Source: an uncultured Rhodospirillaceae bacterium
GTDB taxonomy: Bacteria; Pseudomonadota; Alphaproteobacteria; UBA2966
Length of the DNA: 50,380 bases
NCBI GenBank assembly: GCA_964401845.1
Contig: CAYOAD010000001.1
Span: forward strand, 895 to 51,274
Direction of reading: 5' to 3'
Position numbers and translations under genes: made by a program. Below are positions 21,750 through 31,019 of this stretch, piece by piece (positions within the stretch are counted from its first letter, which is position 1; the number at the start of each line of letters is the position of its first letter). The notes beneath the pieces were generated by a model that saw only the letters and a list, made by a program, of their open reading frames with translations, searched no databases and was not told the DNA's origin.

Positions 21750-22682
21750 GTGGCGATCCTCATCCATTTCGGCGCGGACCATTCGCAGGAGCGCTGGCGC
21801 AACACGCTGCAGCGCCTGGACCCGTCCCTGGAATTCCGCCTCTGGCCCGATGAGGGAAATGCCGAGGACATCGACGCCATCGTCGTCTGGAAGCACATTC
21901 ACGGAGAACTCCTGGGCTATCCCAATCTCAAGTTGATCTGCAATCTCGGTGCCGGCGTCGAACACATCCTGGGCGACGACAACCTGCCCGAAGGCATCCC
22001 CTTCACCCGCGTGGTCGACCCCCGCATGACCAGCGCCATGGCGGAGTACGTCCTCCTCCATGTCTTGCGCTACCACCGCCATTTCGACGAAACGCAGACC
22101 AACCAAAAAGACCGTAAGTGGGAATACCTGCCGCCCGACAACGCCGCCACGACGACCATCGGATTTCTCGGATTGGGCGAATTGGGCCGGCATGCGGCTA
22201 ACCTGGTTAGGGCGTTGGGCTTCGATGTCGCGGGCTGGAGCCGCTCAGCCAAAAAGCTGGACGGCATAACAACCTATCACGGCGAAGACGGTCTGGTGCC
22301 ATTCCTCAATTCAACCAAGATGCTGGTCTGCCTGCTGCCGCTGACGTCCGAAACCGAAGGGATCATCAACGCCAGGACGCTGTCGGCCCTGCCCGAGGGC
22401 GCCTACCTGATCAACGCCGCACGCGGCGGCCACGTCATTGACGCCGACCTGATCGCCGCCCTGGACTACGGCACGCTGGAGGGGGCCACGCTGGATGTCT
22501 TTCACGAGGAACCGCTGCCCGACGACCATCCGTTCTGGACGCACCCGAGGATTACCGTCACCCCCCACAACGCCGCCGATTCCTTCCCCGACGACGTGGC
22601 GCCGCAGATCGTTGACAACATCCACCGCGCCCTTGAGGGACGCGAGCTGCTCAATCCGGTCGATGTCGGGAGAGGCTACTGA
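21750..22682 (+). CDS. ghrA: Glyoxylate/hydroxypyruvate reductase A (D-2-hydroxyacid dehydrogenase)
   Basis: GAGVEH, GFLGLGELG, GWSRS, LLPLT, INAARG, LDVF..EPLP, TPH. Confidence 0.85.
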   Translation: MAILIHFGADHSQERWRNTLQRLDPSLEFRLWPDEGNAEDIDAIVVWKHIHGELLGYPNLKLICNLGAGVEHILGDDNLPEGIPFTRVVDPRMTSAMAEYVLLHVLRYHRHFDETQTNQKDRKWEYLPPDNAATTTIGFLGLGELGRHAANLVRALGFDVAGWSRSAKKLDGITTYHGEDGLVPFLNSTKMLVCLLPLTSETEGIINARTLSALPEGAYLINAARGGHVIDADLIAALDYGTLEGATLDVFHEEPLPDDHPFWTHPRITVTPHNAADSFPDDVAPQIVDNIHRALEGRELLNPVDVGRGY

Positions 22683-23029
22683 GCGTTGACGCGGGCGATT
22701 GAATTCGAAACGAAATCAGCGAATTCGGTGAGATGGACCGACCCCTTGACCGTGCGGTTGATGCGGATGCTGCGCTTGTCGTCGGGATCGGGGCCGCGGC
22801 GCACGAAGTCCTGACGTTCCAGCGCATCAAGCGCCCGGGTTACCGCCGGCTTGGCGATACCCAACTCCTTGGAAAGGCCGCGAACGGTATGGGGCGGGTC
22901 GGTCAGATATACCGTCAGCATCAGGGCCAGCTGACGGGCTGACAGATCGGGTTTGTCGCCGCGCACGCCGTCGACAAGGGCGCCTCTCCAAATATCAAGG
23001 GCTTGCTGGGTCGTCACAGAAATCGTCAT
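22676..23029 (-). CDS. MarR-family transcriptional regulator
   Basis: DLSARQLALMLTVY, HTVRGLSKELGIAKPAVTRALD, wing D..DKRS; commonly follows the M17 peptidase in alphaproteobacteria. Confidence 0.9.
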   Translation of the reverse strand: MTISVTTQQALDIWRGALVDGVRGDKPDLSARQLALMLTVYLTDPPHTVRGLSKELGIAKPAVTRALDALERQDFVRRGPDPDDKRSIRINRTVKGSVHLTEFADFVSNSIARVNAQ

Positions 23030-23072
23030 ACCACTACCTAGTGTTCTGTTTCGCGCCCAGCACGAATATACA

Positions 23073-24449
23073 TCAGGTTGTGTTGTTAAATCGACTCTCG
23101 ATGACGTGAAACAACGCGCGGACGGCCTGCGCTTCGCCACCGACCGGGCGGCCGGGCCGGGCTTTCTTGTTCCAGGCGAACATGTCCAGATGTACCCAGG
23201 TATCGACGCCCTCGGCGAAGCGTTCGAGGAACAAGGCGGCGGTGATGGCGCCGCCCAGGCGGTCCTCCCCGGCATTGTTGAGGTCGGCAATGCGGCTTTT
23301 GAACAGCTCGGTGTAGGGCTGCCACAACGGTAGGCGCCAGACGGGATCGTGAACGGCATCCCCGGCCTCGCTGAGTTCGCGCGCCAGGTCATCGTCTGGC
23401 GTGAAAAACGCCGGTAGTTCCGGCCCCAGGGCAACGCGGGCGGCACCCGTCAGCGTCGCGCAGTCGATCAGCAATTTCGGGTTCTCCGACGCCGCCTCGG
23501 CCAGGGCGTCGGCCAGCACCAGGCGGCCTTCGGCGTCGGTGTTGCCGATCTCGACGGTGAGGCCTTTGCGGCTGTGCAATACATCTCCGGGCCTGAAGGC
23601 ATTGGCCGACACGGCGTTTTCCACCGCCGGGATCAGCACCCTGAGACGCACCGGCAAGGCCGCCGCCATCACCATGGAAGCCAAGGCCAGGATGGCAGCG
23701 GACCCGCCCATGTCCTTTTTCATCAGTTCCATGGCGCTGGCGGGTTTGAGGTCCAAACCGCCGGAATCGAAACACACGCCCTTGCCCACCAGCGTGACGC
23801 GCGGCGCATTTTCTTCGCCCCATGTCATGTCGATCAGGCGCGGCGGCCGGGAACTGGCGCGGCCCACGGCGTGAACCATGGGGTAGTTGGCGTCCAGCAG
23901 GTTATCGCCGACGATATCCGAGTATTCCGCGCCGAACCTCTTCGCCACGTCCCGGGCGGCGGCGGCCAGTTCCGCCGGCCCGAGATCGGCAGCCGTCGTG
24001 TTGACGAGGTCACGCGCGAGGTAGATGGCGTCGAGGGCCGCCTCTGTCCGCCCACGGTCGCAGGCTTCGGGCCAAACGAGGTTGGCGACCTCATCGTCGT
24101 TCTGCTTGTAGCGTTCGAAACGGTAGCCGGCGAGCCCCCAACCGAGCGCCGCGTCGTTTGCAGTGGCGGCATCGGGTTCGGCGGCGAGGCGGTAGGCGCC
24201 GGCCGGCAGTTTCTCCGCCGCCGCCGCATAACCGAACGGTCCATCCTCCCCCAGGCAAATCACCGCTCCCTCCATGCCCCCCTCTGAAGAAGGCAGCGTC
24301 GTCGCCGCGCCGTCCTTGGCCTTAAATCCGATGTCGTCCAACCACCGGCGTTCGGCCTCCGGGCGCCCCGACAACCAGTCGTCGAAATCCTCCACGGCGA
24401 CGGCATGGAGCGGGACGGCATCGGGGACGGCTTCGAGAAGTGTGGACAC
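23073..24449 (-). CDS. Leucyl aminopeptidase (M17 family)
   Basis: VGKGVCFDSGGLDLKP, MKKDMGG, NTDAEGRL, ATLTGA, HLD. Start may be 24482 or GTG 24449. Confidence 0.95.
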   Translation of the reverse strand: MSTLLEAVPDAVPLHAVAVEDFDDWLSGRPEAERRWLDDIGFKAKDGAATTLPSSEGGMEGAVICLGEDGPFGYAAAAEKLPAGAYRLAAEPDAATANDAALGWGLAGYRFERYKQNDDEVANLVWPEACDRGRTEAALDAIYLARDLVNTTAADLGPAELAAAARDVAKRFGAEYSDIVGDNLLDANYPMVHAVGRASSRPPRLIDMTWGEENAPRVTLVGKGVCFDSGGLDLKPASAMELMKKDMGGSAAILALASMVMAAALPVRLRVLIPAVENAVSANAFRPGDVLHSRKGLTVEIGNTDAEGRLVLADALAEAASENPKLLIDCATLTGAARVALGPELPAFFTPDDDLARELSEAGDAVHDPVWRLPLWQPYTELFKSRIADLNNAGEDRLGGAITAALFLERFAEGVDTWVHLDMFAWNKKARPGRPVGGEAQAVRALFHVIESRFNNTT

Positions 24450-24520
24450 GGGCGAAAACCTCGTTAGTTTGCGGGGCGTCATTTAGAGCATATGTCGCAT
24501 TTTGCCGGAAGGGGTATGGC

Positions 24521-25186
24521 GTGTCGGATCTTACTTTGGTTATCGGCAACCGGAACTATTCGTCATGGAGCTTGCGCGCCTGGCTGGCCATGCGCGAGGT
24601 CGGATTGGAGTTCAAGGAAGAGGTAATCCCGCTCGATCTGCCCAACACGGCCGAGCGCATCGCGGCCCACTCCGCGGCCGGCCGCGTTCCGGTCCTGCAC
24701 GACGGCGGTCTCGTCGTCTGGGACACCATCGCTATCATCGAATACCTGGCCGAGGCCTACCCCGGCCCGCGCTGGTGGCCCGCCGGCGCGGAAGCCCGCG
24801 CCGTCGCCCGCGCGGTCAGCGCCGAAATGCATGCGGGCTTCGCCGCCTTGCGCAACGAACTGCCCATGAACGTGCGGGCAGCGGACCGCCGTGTCGGGAT
24901 CAGCCCGGAATGCCGGGCCAACATCGGGCGAATTCGGCAAATCTGGACGGATTGCCGCGAGCGGTTCGGACAGGACGGCGATTTTCTCTTTGGCGATTTC
25001 TCTGCGGCCGATGCCATGTTTGCCCCGGTCGTATCCCGCTTCCGCACCTACGGTATCGAAGTGGACGACGCCGTTGGGGCTTATGCCGACGCGGTTTGGC
25101 AGACCCCGGGGATGCGCTGGTGGCGCGCGGCCAGTGCGGATGAATCGTTCACCATACCGGAAGCCGAGTTGGGCCAAACGTCCTGA
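24521..25186 (+). CDS. Glutathione S-transferase family protein
   Basis: IGNRNYSSWSLRAWL, GRVPVL, WDTIAIIEYL, SAEMHAGF, FSAADAMFAPV. Confidence 0.93.
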   Translation: MSDLTLVIGNRNYSSWSLRAWLAMREVGLEFKEEVIPLDLPNTAERIAAHSAAGRVPVLHDGGLVVWDTIAIIEYLAEAYPGPRWWPAGAEARAVARAVSAEMHAGFAALRNELPMNVRAADRRVGISPECRANIGRIRQIWTDCRERFGQDGDFLFGDFSAADAMFAPVVSRFRTYGIEVDDAVGAYADAVWQTPGMRWWRAASADESFTIPEAELGQTS

Positions 25187-25434
25187 CGATTTCAACCATG
25201 TCGCAATCGAATGCCGTGCGTGTTCAACAGATCGGTGGCAACTTTAATTTAGTAACCTCTAATTGAGTCAATTTTACCCGAAATCGGCAGGATGGCTGTT
25301 GCCTTTGGCCGGCTTATTTGGGATAACGTCGCGCTGACTAATATGACTTTATTGCAGATTTTCGGCGTTTTACCGGGTTGTCCCCTGAACAGACGGCCAA
25401 GGTCCGCCGAGCAGACATAGGTACGGGTTTCGGC

Positions 25435-27294
25435 ATGGCCGACCAAGACCAGCGCGTCGAGCAGGAAACGCGCAAAATTTACGTCGACGAAGACGAAGAT
25501 TTCTCCACACCGCAGTCATACGGGCGACGCGTCGTCACACCGGTCCGGTACTCCACCGATCCCCGCGATGTCGGTTGGGTGCGGGAGAACGTGCCCTGCC
25601 AGGCGGCCTGCCCGGCGGACACCAACGTGCCGGCCTACATCCGCACCATCGTCGAGGAACGCTACGGCCGGTCCTACGAGATCAACCGCATGGCCAACGT
25701 GCTGCCCGGCGTGCTGGGCCGCATCTGTTCGCGCCCCTGTGAGGACGCCTGCCGCCACGGCTGGCCGGGCAATGGCGAACCGGTCAACATCTGCCATCTC
25801 AAACGGGCCGCCGGGGATCTCAAGACTTCCGGCCACCGCATCACCGAAAATCTCTACACGCCGTCAGGTAAACGCATCGCTGTGATCGGCGCCGGTCCGG
25901 CCGGTCTGGCGGCGGCCCACGATCTATCGACCCTGGGCCACGCCGTGACCATCCTGGAGCGCGAGGAGGTCGCCGGCGGCATGCTCTACTACGGCATTCC
26001 GGTCTTCCGCCTGCCGCGCGATATCCTGGATGTTGAAGTTCACAACGCCACACGCCTCGGCGTCACCATGAAGACGGGCGTCAACATGGGCACCGGTCCC
26101 GACGACACCAAGCTCTCCGGCCTTCTGGAAGACTTCGACGGCGTTCTCATGGCGATGGGCTGCATGGCGGCCATGGCGCTGCCGCTGAAGGATTACGACG
26201 GCGAGGACGATCCGGTGCTGGCGGCACCCAACGCCGAATACGGCCTGGACTTCCTGACCGAACTTCACCGCGGCGAGACCAAAACCGTGGGCAAGCGCGT
26301 CGCCGTCATCGGCGCCGGCTTTACCGCCCTCGATTGCGCCCGCGTGGCGCTGCGCCTCGGCGCCGAGGAGGTCCACGTCCATATCCGCACCACCGAGAAG
26401 TACATCCCCGTCACCCACGAGGAGATTTTCGAAAGCAAACGCGAAGGCATCAAGATCCTCGGCCTGCGCACGCCCGTCGGTTTGGAAACGGACGATGACG
26501 GCAACGTCACCGGTGTGCGGTTTGCGCAGAACCGCTTGGGCGGTTGGCGCGCCAACGGCCGGCGCGAAGCCATTCCCATCGAAGGCTCCGAGTTCGTCGA
26601 GCCCTGCGACACCGTCCTCATCGCCATCGGTCAGAAGACCATCAACGACGTGATGGATATCGACGTCGAATTGGACCGCTGGGGCAACGTTCGCATCGGC
26701 GACAATGGCATGACGTCCGTCGACGGTCTGTTTGCCGCCGGAGATTTCGTCTCGGGCGCCACCACGGTGGTCGAAGCCGTCGGACATGGCCGCGAGGTTG
26801 CGCTGAAGTTGGATACCTGGTTGATGGACCGCCAGCGGCGCAAGCGCGTCGTCAAGATCGAACCCGTCGAAGCACCCCTGCGGGAGCGCGCCTTCGATTT
26901 CATTCCGCGCCAGCCTATCCCGACCGAACCCATGGCCAACCGTTTCAACGATCTCGAGACCGAGGTCGAAACCGGCATGGACAAGGAACTCGCCTTCGAG
27001 GAAGCCAAGCGCTGTTACCTCTGCCACATGAAGTACGAGATCGACGTCGACAACTGCATCTACTGCAGGGCCTGTATCGACGTGGCGCCGCGCGACTGCA
27101 TCAAACTGGTTTCCGGCGTTCAGATTAAAGAGGACGGCACCTACGGCGATCTCGAGGAAACAATGCAGTGGAACAAGGTCGGCGCCATCTGGATCGACAA
27201 CGATGAGTGCATCCGTTGCGGCGCTTGCCACATGGTCTGCCCGACCAAGTGCATTTCCATCGCCAAGCAAGAAATCTTTTTCCAGGACGTTTAG
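25435..27294 (+). CDS. GltD/SudA/DsrL-like FAD-dependent Fe-S oxidoreductase with C-terminal ferredoxin domain (KorC-like)
   Basis: PCQAACP, GRICSRPCEDAC, FAD GAGPAG, YGIPVFRLP, second Rossmann GAGFTALD, AAGD, EAKRCYLC, CIYCRAC, CIRCGAC..CP. Confidence 0.88.
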   Translation: MADQDQRVEQETRKIYVDEDEDFSTPQSYGRRVVTPVRYSTDPRDVGWVRENVPCQAACPADTNVPAYIRTIVEERYGRSYEINRMANVLPGVLGRICSRPCEDACRHGWPGNGEPVNICHLKRAAGDLKTSGHRITENLYTPSGKRIAVIGAGPAGLAAAHDLSTLGHAVTILEREEVAGGMLYYGIPVFRLPRDILDVEVHNATRLGVTMKTGVNMGTGPDDTKLSGLLEDFDGVLMAMGCMAAMALPLKDYDGEDDPVLAAPNAEYGLDFLTELHRGETKTVGKRVAVIGAGFTALDCARVALRLGAEEVHVHIRTTEKYIPVTHEEIFESKREGIKILGLRTPVGLETDDDGNVTGVRFAQNRLGGWRANGRREAIPIEGSEFVEPCDTVLIAIGQKTINDVMDIDVELDRWGNVRIGDNGMTSVDGLFAAGDFVSGATTVVEAVGHGREVALKLDTWLMDRQRRKRVVKIEPVEAPLRERAFDFIPRQPIPTEPMANRFNDLETEVETGMDKELAFEEAKRCYLCHMKYEIDVDNCIYCRACIDVAPRDCIKLVSGVQIKEDGTYGDLEETMQWNKVGAIWIDNDECIRCGACHMVCPTKCISIAKQEIFFQDV

Positions 27295-27296
27295 CC

Positions 27297-28331
27297 ATGG
27301 CCGACCAGCCGCATATCGTCATCATCGGCAACGGCGCCGCCGGCAACCGCGCCGCCGATATCCTGCGTGAGCGTGACAGAGACTGCCGCATCAGCATCGT
27401 CTCCGCCGGTGCGCTGTTGTTCTACAACCGCTACGAACTGCCGGACGTCTTCCGCGGCCGTCAGGACTGGCGCGATTATTTGCAGCACCCGCCGGAATAT
27501 TACCGGGACAACGACATCTCGTTGTGGCGCAAGAGCATCGTGGCCGACGTCGATACGGCCCAGCGGAAACTGACGTTGGCCCATCGCGAGGAGATCGGCT
27601 TCGATCAGTTGCTGGTGGCAACCGGTGGCGCGGGCTACCTGCCGGAGCGCTTGCAGGAATCCCTGCACTTGATGCACGGCTTCACGACCTTTCGCGCCGC
27701 GATGAAAATGTACAACGATCTGCCGAAGGGCGGCCACGTCGTCATGCTGGGCGCCGACATGATCGGTCTTGATCTTGCCCGCACGTTGATCGACACCGGC
27801 TACCGGGTCACCGTCGTTCCCGGCGACCGCACCTTCTGGCCCCATGAGATCAGCGCGGAGGAACGCCCGAAGTATCTCGCGGCGCTTGAGAAGATGGGCT
27901 TGGCCGTGGTCGACGAAGGAGAGGTCGAGCGCGTCGAGGATACTTCCAACGGCATGTCGGCGCGCCGCGTCGTGTTCGTTAACGGCAACAGTATCGATGC
28001 CGACATCGTCATGCCGCTCTACGGCCTCACCCCGATGGTCGATTTCATGAGCACGGCCGGCGTCGACATCGAACGCGGATTGCTGGTCAACCCGCAGCTC
28101 AAGACCACCCGCGACGAGGTGTATGCCGCGGGTGACGTCTGCCAGATCTGGTCGGCGGAGCAGAACGAGTACCGCTTCTACTACGGTTGGCGGAACGTCC
28201 GCACGATGGGTGAGGTGGCGGCCCGCAACATGATGGGCGAGGAGGTTCCCTTTACCACCGACGTCGACGAACACCTTGTGATTACGGATGACGGCGGCAT
28301 CTCGTCGCCGTTCTGGGAGTACAGCCAATGA
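27297..28331 (+). CDS. FAD-dependent pyridine nucleotide-disulfide oxidoreductase family protein (NirB/rubredoxin reductase/PadH-like), atypical
   Basis: GNGAAG FAD motif, YNR..LP, LLVATG, T....VYAAGD; second dinucleotide motif is degenerate (GADMIG). Confidence 0.82.
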   Translation: MADQPHIVIIGNGAAGNRAADILRERDRDCRISIVSAGALLFYNRYELPDVFRGRQDWRDYLQHPPEYYRDNDISLWRKSIVADVDTAQRKLTLAHREEIGFDQLLVATGGAGYLPERLQESLHLMHGFTTFRAAMKMYNDLPKGGHVVMLGADMIGLDLARTLIDTGYRVTVVPGDRTFWPHEISAEERPKYLAALEKMGLAVVDEGEVERVEDTSNGMSARRVVFVNGNSIDADIVMPLYGLTPMVDFMSTAGVDIERGLLVNPQLKTTRDEVYAAGDVCQIWSAEQNEYRFYYGWRNVRTMGEVAARNMMGEEVPFTTDVDEHLVITDDGGISSPFWEYSQ

Positions 28332-30124
28332 GCACCAACGGCACGGACATCCAGATTGCCTTTTGCGGTTCGGCAGGCGACGGCACCATCGCGGTCGGCG
28401 ACATCTTGAAGCAGGCCATGGCCCGCGCCGGTTACCGGGTCATCGCCTTCGACCAGTATCCGGCGGAAATCCGGGGCTTCGGCAAGTGCGTTTCGCGCAC
28501 CCGCATCACCGGCGAACAAGTCTATTCGATGAAGCAGCAGACCGACATCCTGGTCTCGCTGGACGACAGCCACGCTATTCCCCACGCCGCCGAGGTGCGC
28601 GATTTCGGTGCCGTAATCTATGATTCGCACCCCATCAGCCTGTTGGCCGAGGGTCAGCACATCTCCGGCCACCTGTTGCCCGGCCAGATACCCTACGCCC
28701 TGGCGGTGCGCGAAATATCCGAAAAGGCCACCGGCGGTAACCGCTCGCGCAACATGGTGGCGTTGGGTTTCGTCGCCGGCCTCTACGGCCTGCCGCGCGA
28801 GGTCTTCCACGATGTCATCGCGGCCAAGTTCCGCACCAAACCCGAGGCCGTGACGACTAGCAACGTCGCCGCCTTCGATGCGGGCTTCGACCTGGGTGCG
28901 GACGAGTACCGTTTCGACGACGTCAGCGTCGGCAAGCCCCCCGCCCGGGATGAAAGCCTGGGCGAGGCCGAAATGCTGAGCGGCAACGCCGCCGTCGCGC
29001 GCGGCTGTCTGGACGCCGGCATCGACACCTACTTCGGCTATCCCATCACGCCGGCAACGACGATCATGGAGCGGCTGACGACGGAAATGCCCAAGCACGG
29101 CAAACGCTCGCTGCAGACCGAGGATGAAATATCCGCCATTGCCGCCACAATCGGCGCGGGCTACGCCGGCGCCCGGGCAGCAACGGCGACCTCCGGCCCC
29201 GGCCTCGCCTTGATGGCCGAGATGCTGGGTCTCGGCGTCATGGCCGAAGTGCCGTCGGTGATCTTCGTCTCGCAACGTGGCGGCCCGTCCACCGGCATGC
29301 CGACAAAGACGGAACAATCCGATCTCAATCTCGCCGTCTTCGGCGGATCGGGCGACGCCCGGCGCATCGTGATGGCGCCGACCAACGTCGAGGGTTGCTG
29401 GCGCTGTGCCGGCAAGGCTTTCGAGATGGCCGAGCGTTACCAGACGCCGGTGATCGTGCTGCTGGACCTTTACCTCTCCAACCGCTACGAGACCGTGGTG
29501 GTGTCGCCCGAGGAGCGCTTCGAACCCGATATGTCGAAGCCCATGGAACTGAAGGCTGACGCACCTTATGAGCGTTTCGCCATGACCGAGGACGGCGTCA
29601 GCCCGCGGGCCATTCCCGGGGAGCCCGGCGGCATCCATACCGTGACCGGCCTGGAGCATAACGAGCGCGGCCGGCCCAACGACCAGCCTGTGATGCACCA
29701 CGATATGACGGCCAAGCGCCACGACAAGCTGGAAACCGCGGTCGATCATCCCGGCATCACCATTACCAAACGTTTCGGCGACGAGGGCGAGATCGATGTC
29801 GCCTTGCTGGCCTGGGGCTCGACCTTCGGCGAGGCCTTGGAGGCCATGATGATGGCGCGTGAGGAAGGCATCCGCTGCGCCGCCATGAAGGTTGTCATGC
29901 TTTCGCCGCTGCCGGTCGAGCCGATCCGCGAATTCATGGCTTCGGCCAAGGAAGTCCTGATCCCAGAGCTCAACTACGAGGGCCAGTTCGCGGGTCTCGT
30001 TTCGGGCACGCTCGGCCAACCCGTCCACCGCCTCAACAAGGTGCCCGGCACGCCCATGCGGGTGGCCGACATATTGGATGAAATCCGCCGTTTGGCCGGG
30101 CGCGACGCCCGCGACGCGGCCTAA
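28328..30124 (+). CDS. korA: 2-oxoacid:acceptor oxidoreductase alpha subunit (gamma-alpha fusion, KorA-like)
   Basis: YPAEIRG, SGNAA, GYPITP, EDEISA, ATSGPG, QRGGPSTGMPTKTEQSD, TGLEH, PELNY.GQ. Substrate not proven. Confidence 0.88.
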   Translation: MSTNGTDIQIAFCGSAGDGTIAVGDILKQAMARAGYRVIAFDQYPAEIRGFGKCVSRTRITGEQVYSMKQQTDILVSLDDSHAIPHAAEVRDFGAVIYDSHPISLLAEGQHISGHLLPGQIPYALAVREISEKATGGNRSRNMVALGFVAGLYGLPREVFHDVIAAKFRTKPEAVTTSNVAAFDAGFDLGADEYRFDDVSVGKPPARDESLGEAEMLSGNAAVARGCLDAGIDTYFGYPITPATTIMERLTTEMPKHGKRSLQTEDEISAIAATIGAGYAGARAATATSGPGLALMAEMLGLGVMAEVPSVIFVSQRGGPSTGMPTKTEQSDLNLAVFGGSGDARRIVMAPTNVEGCWRCAGKAFEMAERYQTPVIVLLDLYLSNRYETVVVSPEERFEPDMSKPMELKADAPYERFAMTEDGVSPRAIPGEPGGIHTVTGLEHNERGRPNDQPVMHHDMTAKRHDKLETAVDHPGITITKRFGDEGEIDVALLAWGSTFGEALEAMMMAREEGIRCAAMKVVMLSPLPVEPIREFMASAKEVLIPELNYEGQFAGLVSGTLGQPVHRLNKVPGTPMRVADILDEIRRLAGRDARDAA

Positions 30125-30148
30125 ATCGGGTCACGAGGAGTTAACATC

Positions 30149-31009
30149 ATGAACGCCGAATTGCGGGCCCTGGTCTATCTCGAGGAAAAGCTCGAACAAA
30201 TCCAGGAGAGCGGTCGTCTGGACTACCGATCCGGCTCGCTGCCCACCTGGTGCCCGGGCTGCGGCTATTACAGCATGACCGAGGGCGTGACCAACGCGCT
30301 GAACAAGCTGGAACTCGACAACAAGGACGTGGTCTGCGTTTCCGGCATCGGCTGTGCCTCGCGCTTCCCCTTCTTCGTCGACGTCTACGGGTTCCACACC
30401 CTGCACGGCCGCACCCTGCCGGTTGCCACGGGAATCAAGACGGCCAACGACGATCTGACAGTCGTCGTGGTGGGTGGTGACGGCGACGGCTTCGCCATCG
30501 GCGGCGGCCACATCCCGCACGCCGCCAAGCGCAACGTCGATATCACCTATCTGTTGTTTGACAACGGCATCTATGGCCTGACCAAGGGCCAAACCTCGCC
30601 GACCTCCGACCAGGGTTTCAAAACCTCGACGACGCCCTACGAAAACCGCGAGGCACCGCTTAATCCGCTGATGATGGTGCTCTCCTACGGCGCCAGCTGG
30701 GTCGGCCAGGCCTACGCCGGCGACCCCCATCACCTGGCCGACATGATCCGTCAGGCGATGGCGCACAAGGGTTTTTCCTACCTGCACATCCTCAGCCCCT
30801 GCGTCACCTTCGACAAGACCAACAAGACCTACGGCAACATCAGCATGGCGGTGCGCGACCTGCCGGAGGAGCACGATGCGTCGAACCGGTTGGCGGCGAT
30901 GCGCGAGGCCGAAAAAACCCAGCGCCCGGCACTCGGCGTCTTCTACCAGGAAGACCGCCCCACCCTGAATGAAAACCTCGACGCCATCGCAGCGGCGGCG
31001 GCGGGATAA
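30149..31009 (+). CDS. korB: 2-oxoacid:acceptor oxidoreductase beta subunit (TPP-binding, KorB-like)
   Basis: WCPGCG, SGIGC, HTLHGR, TPP motif GDGD...DN, YGLTKGQTSPT, SPCVTF. Confidence 0.88.
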   Translation: MNAELRALVYLEEKLEQIQESGRLDYRSGSLPTWCPGCGYYSMTEGVTNALNKLELDNKDVVCVSGIGCASRFPFFVDVYGFHTLHGRTLPVATGIKTANDDLTVVVVGGDGDGFAIGGGHIPHAAKRNVDITYLLFDNGIYGLTKGQTSPTSDQGFKTSTTPYENREAPLNPLMMVLSYGASWVGQAYAGDPHHLADMIRQAMAHKGFSYLHILSPCVTFDKTNKTYGNISMAVRDLPEEHDASNRLAAMREAEKTQRPALGVFYQEDRPTLNENLDAIAAAAAG

Positions 31010-31019
31010 CTATCTGCCT

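Noticed and set aside
25435-27294. Calling this gene gltD or dsrL
   Set aside because: No gltB or dsr genes are adjacent, and the Cys arrangement and operon context point to a partner of the 2-oxoacid oxidoreductase.
28181-30028. 615-aa antisense ORF over the korA-like gene (similar long shadows at 1281-2705, 16595-18268, 20646-22193, 25924-27270, 32932-34233, 34273-35574, 48647-49879)
   Set aside because: They lie opposite well-supported genes, lack recognisable motifs, and are expected from high-GC codon bias suppressing antisense stops.
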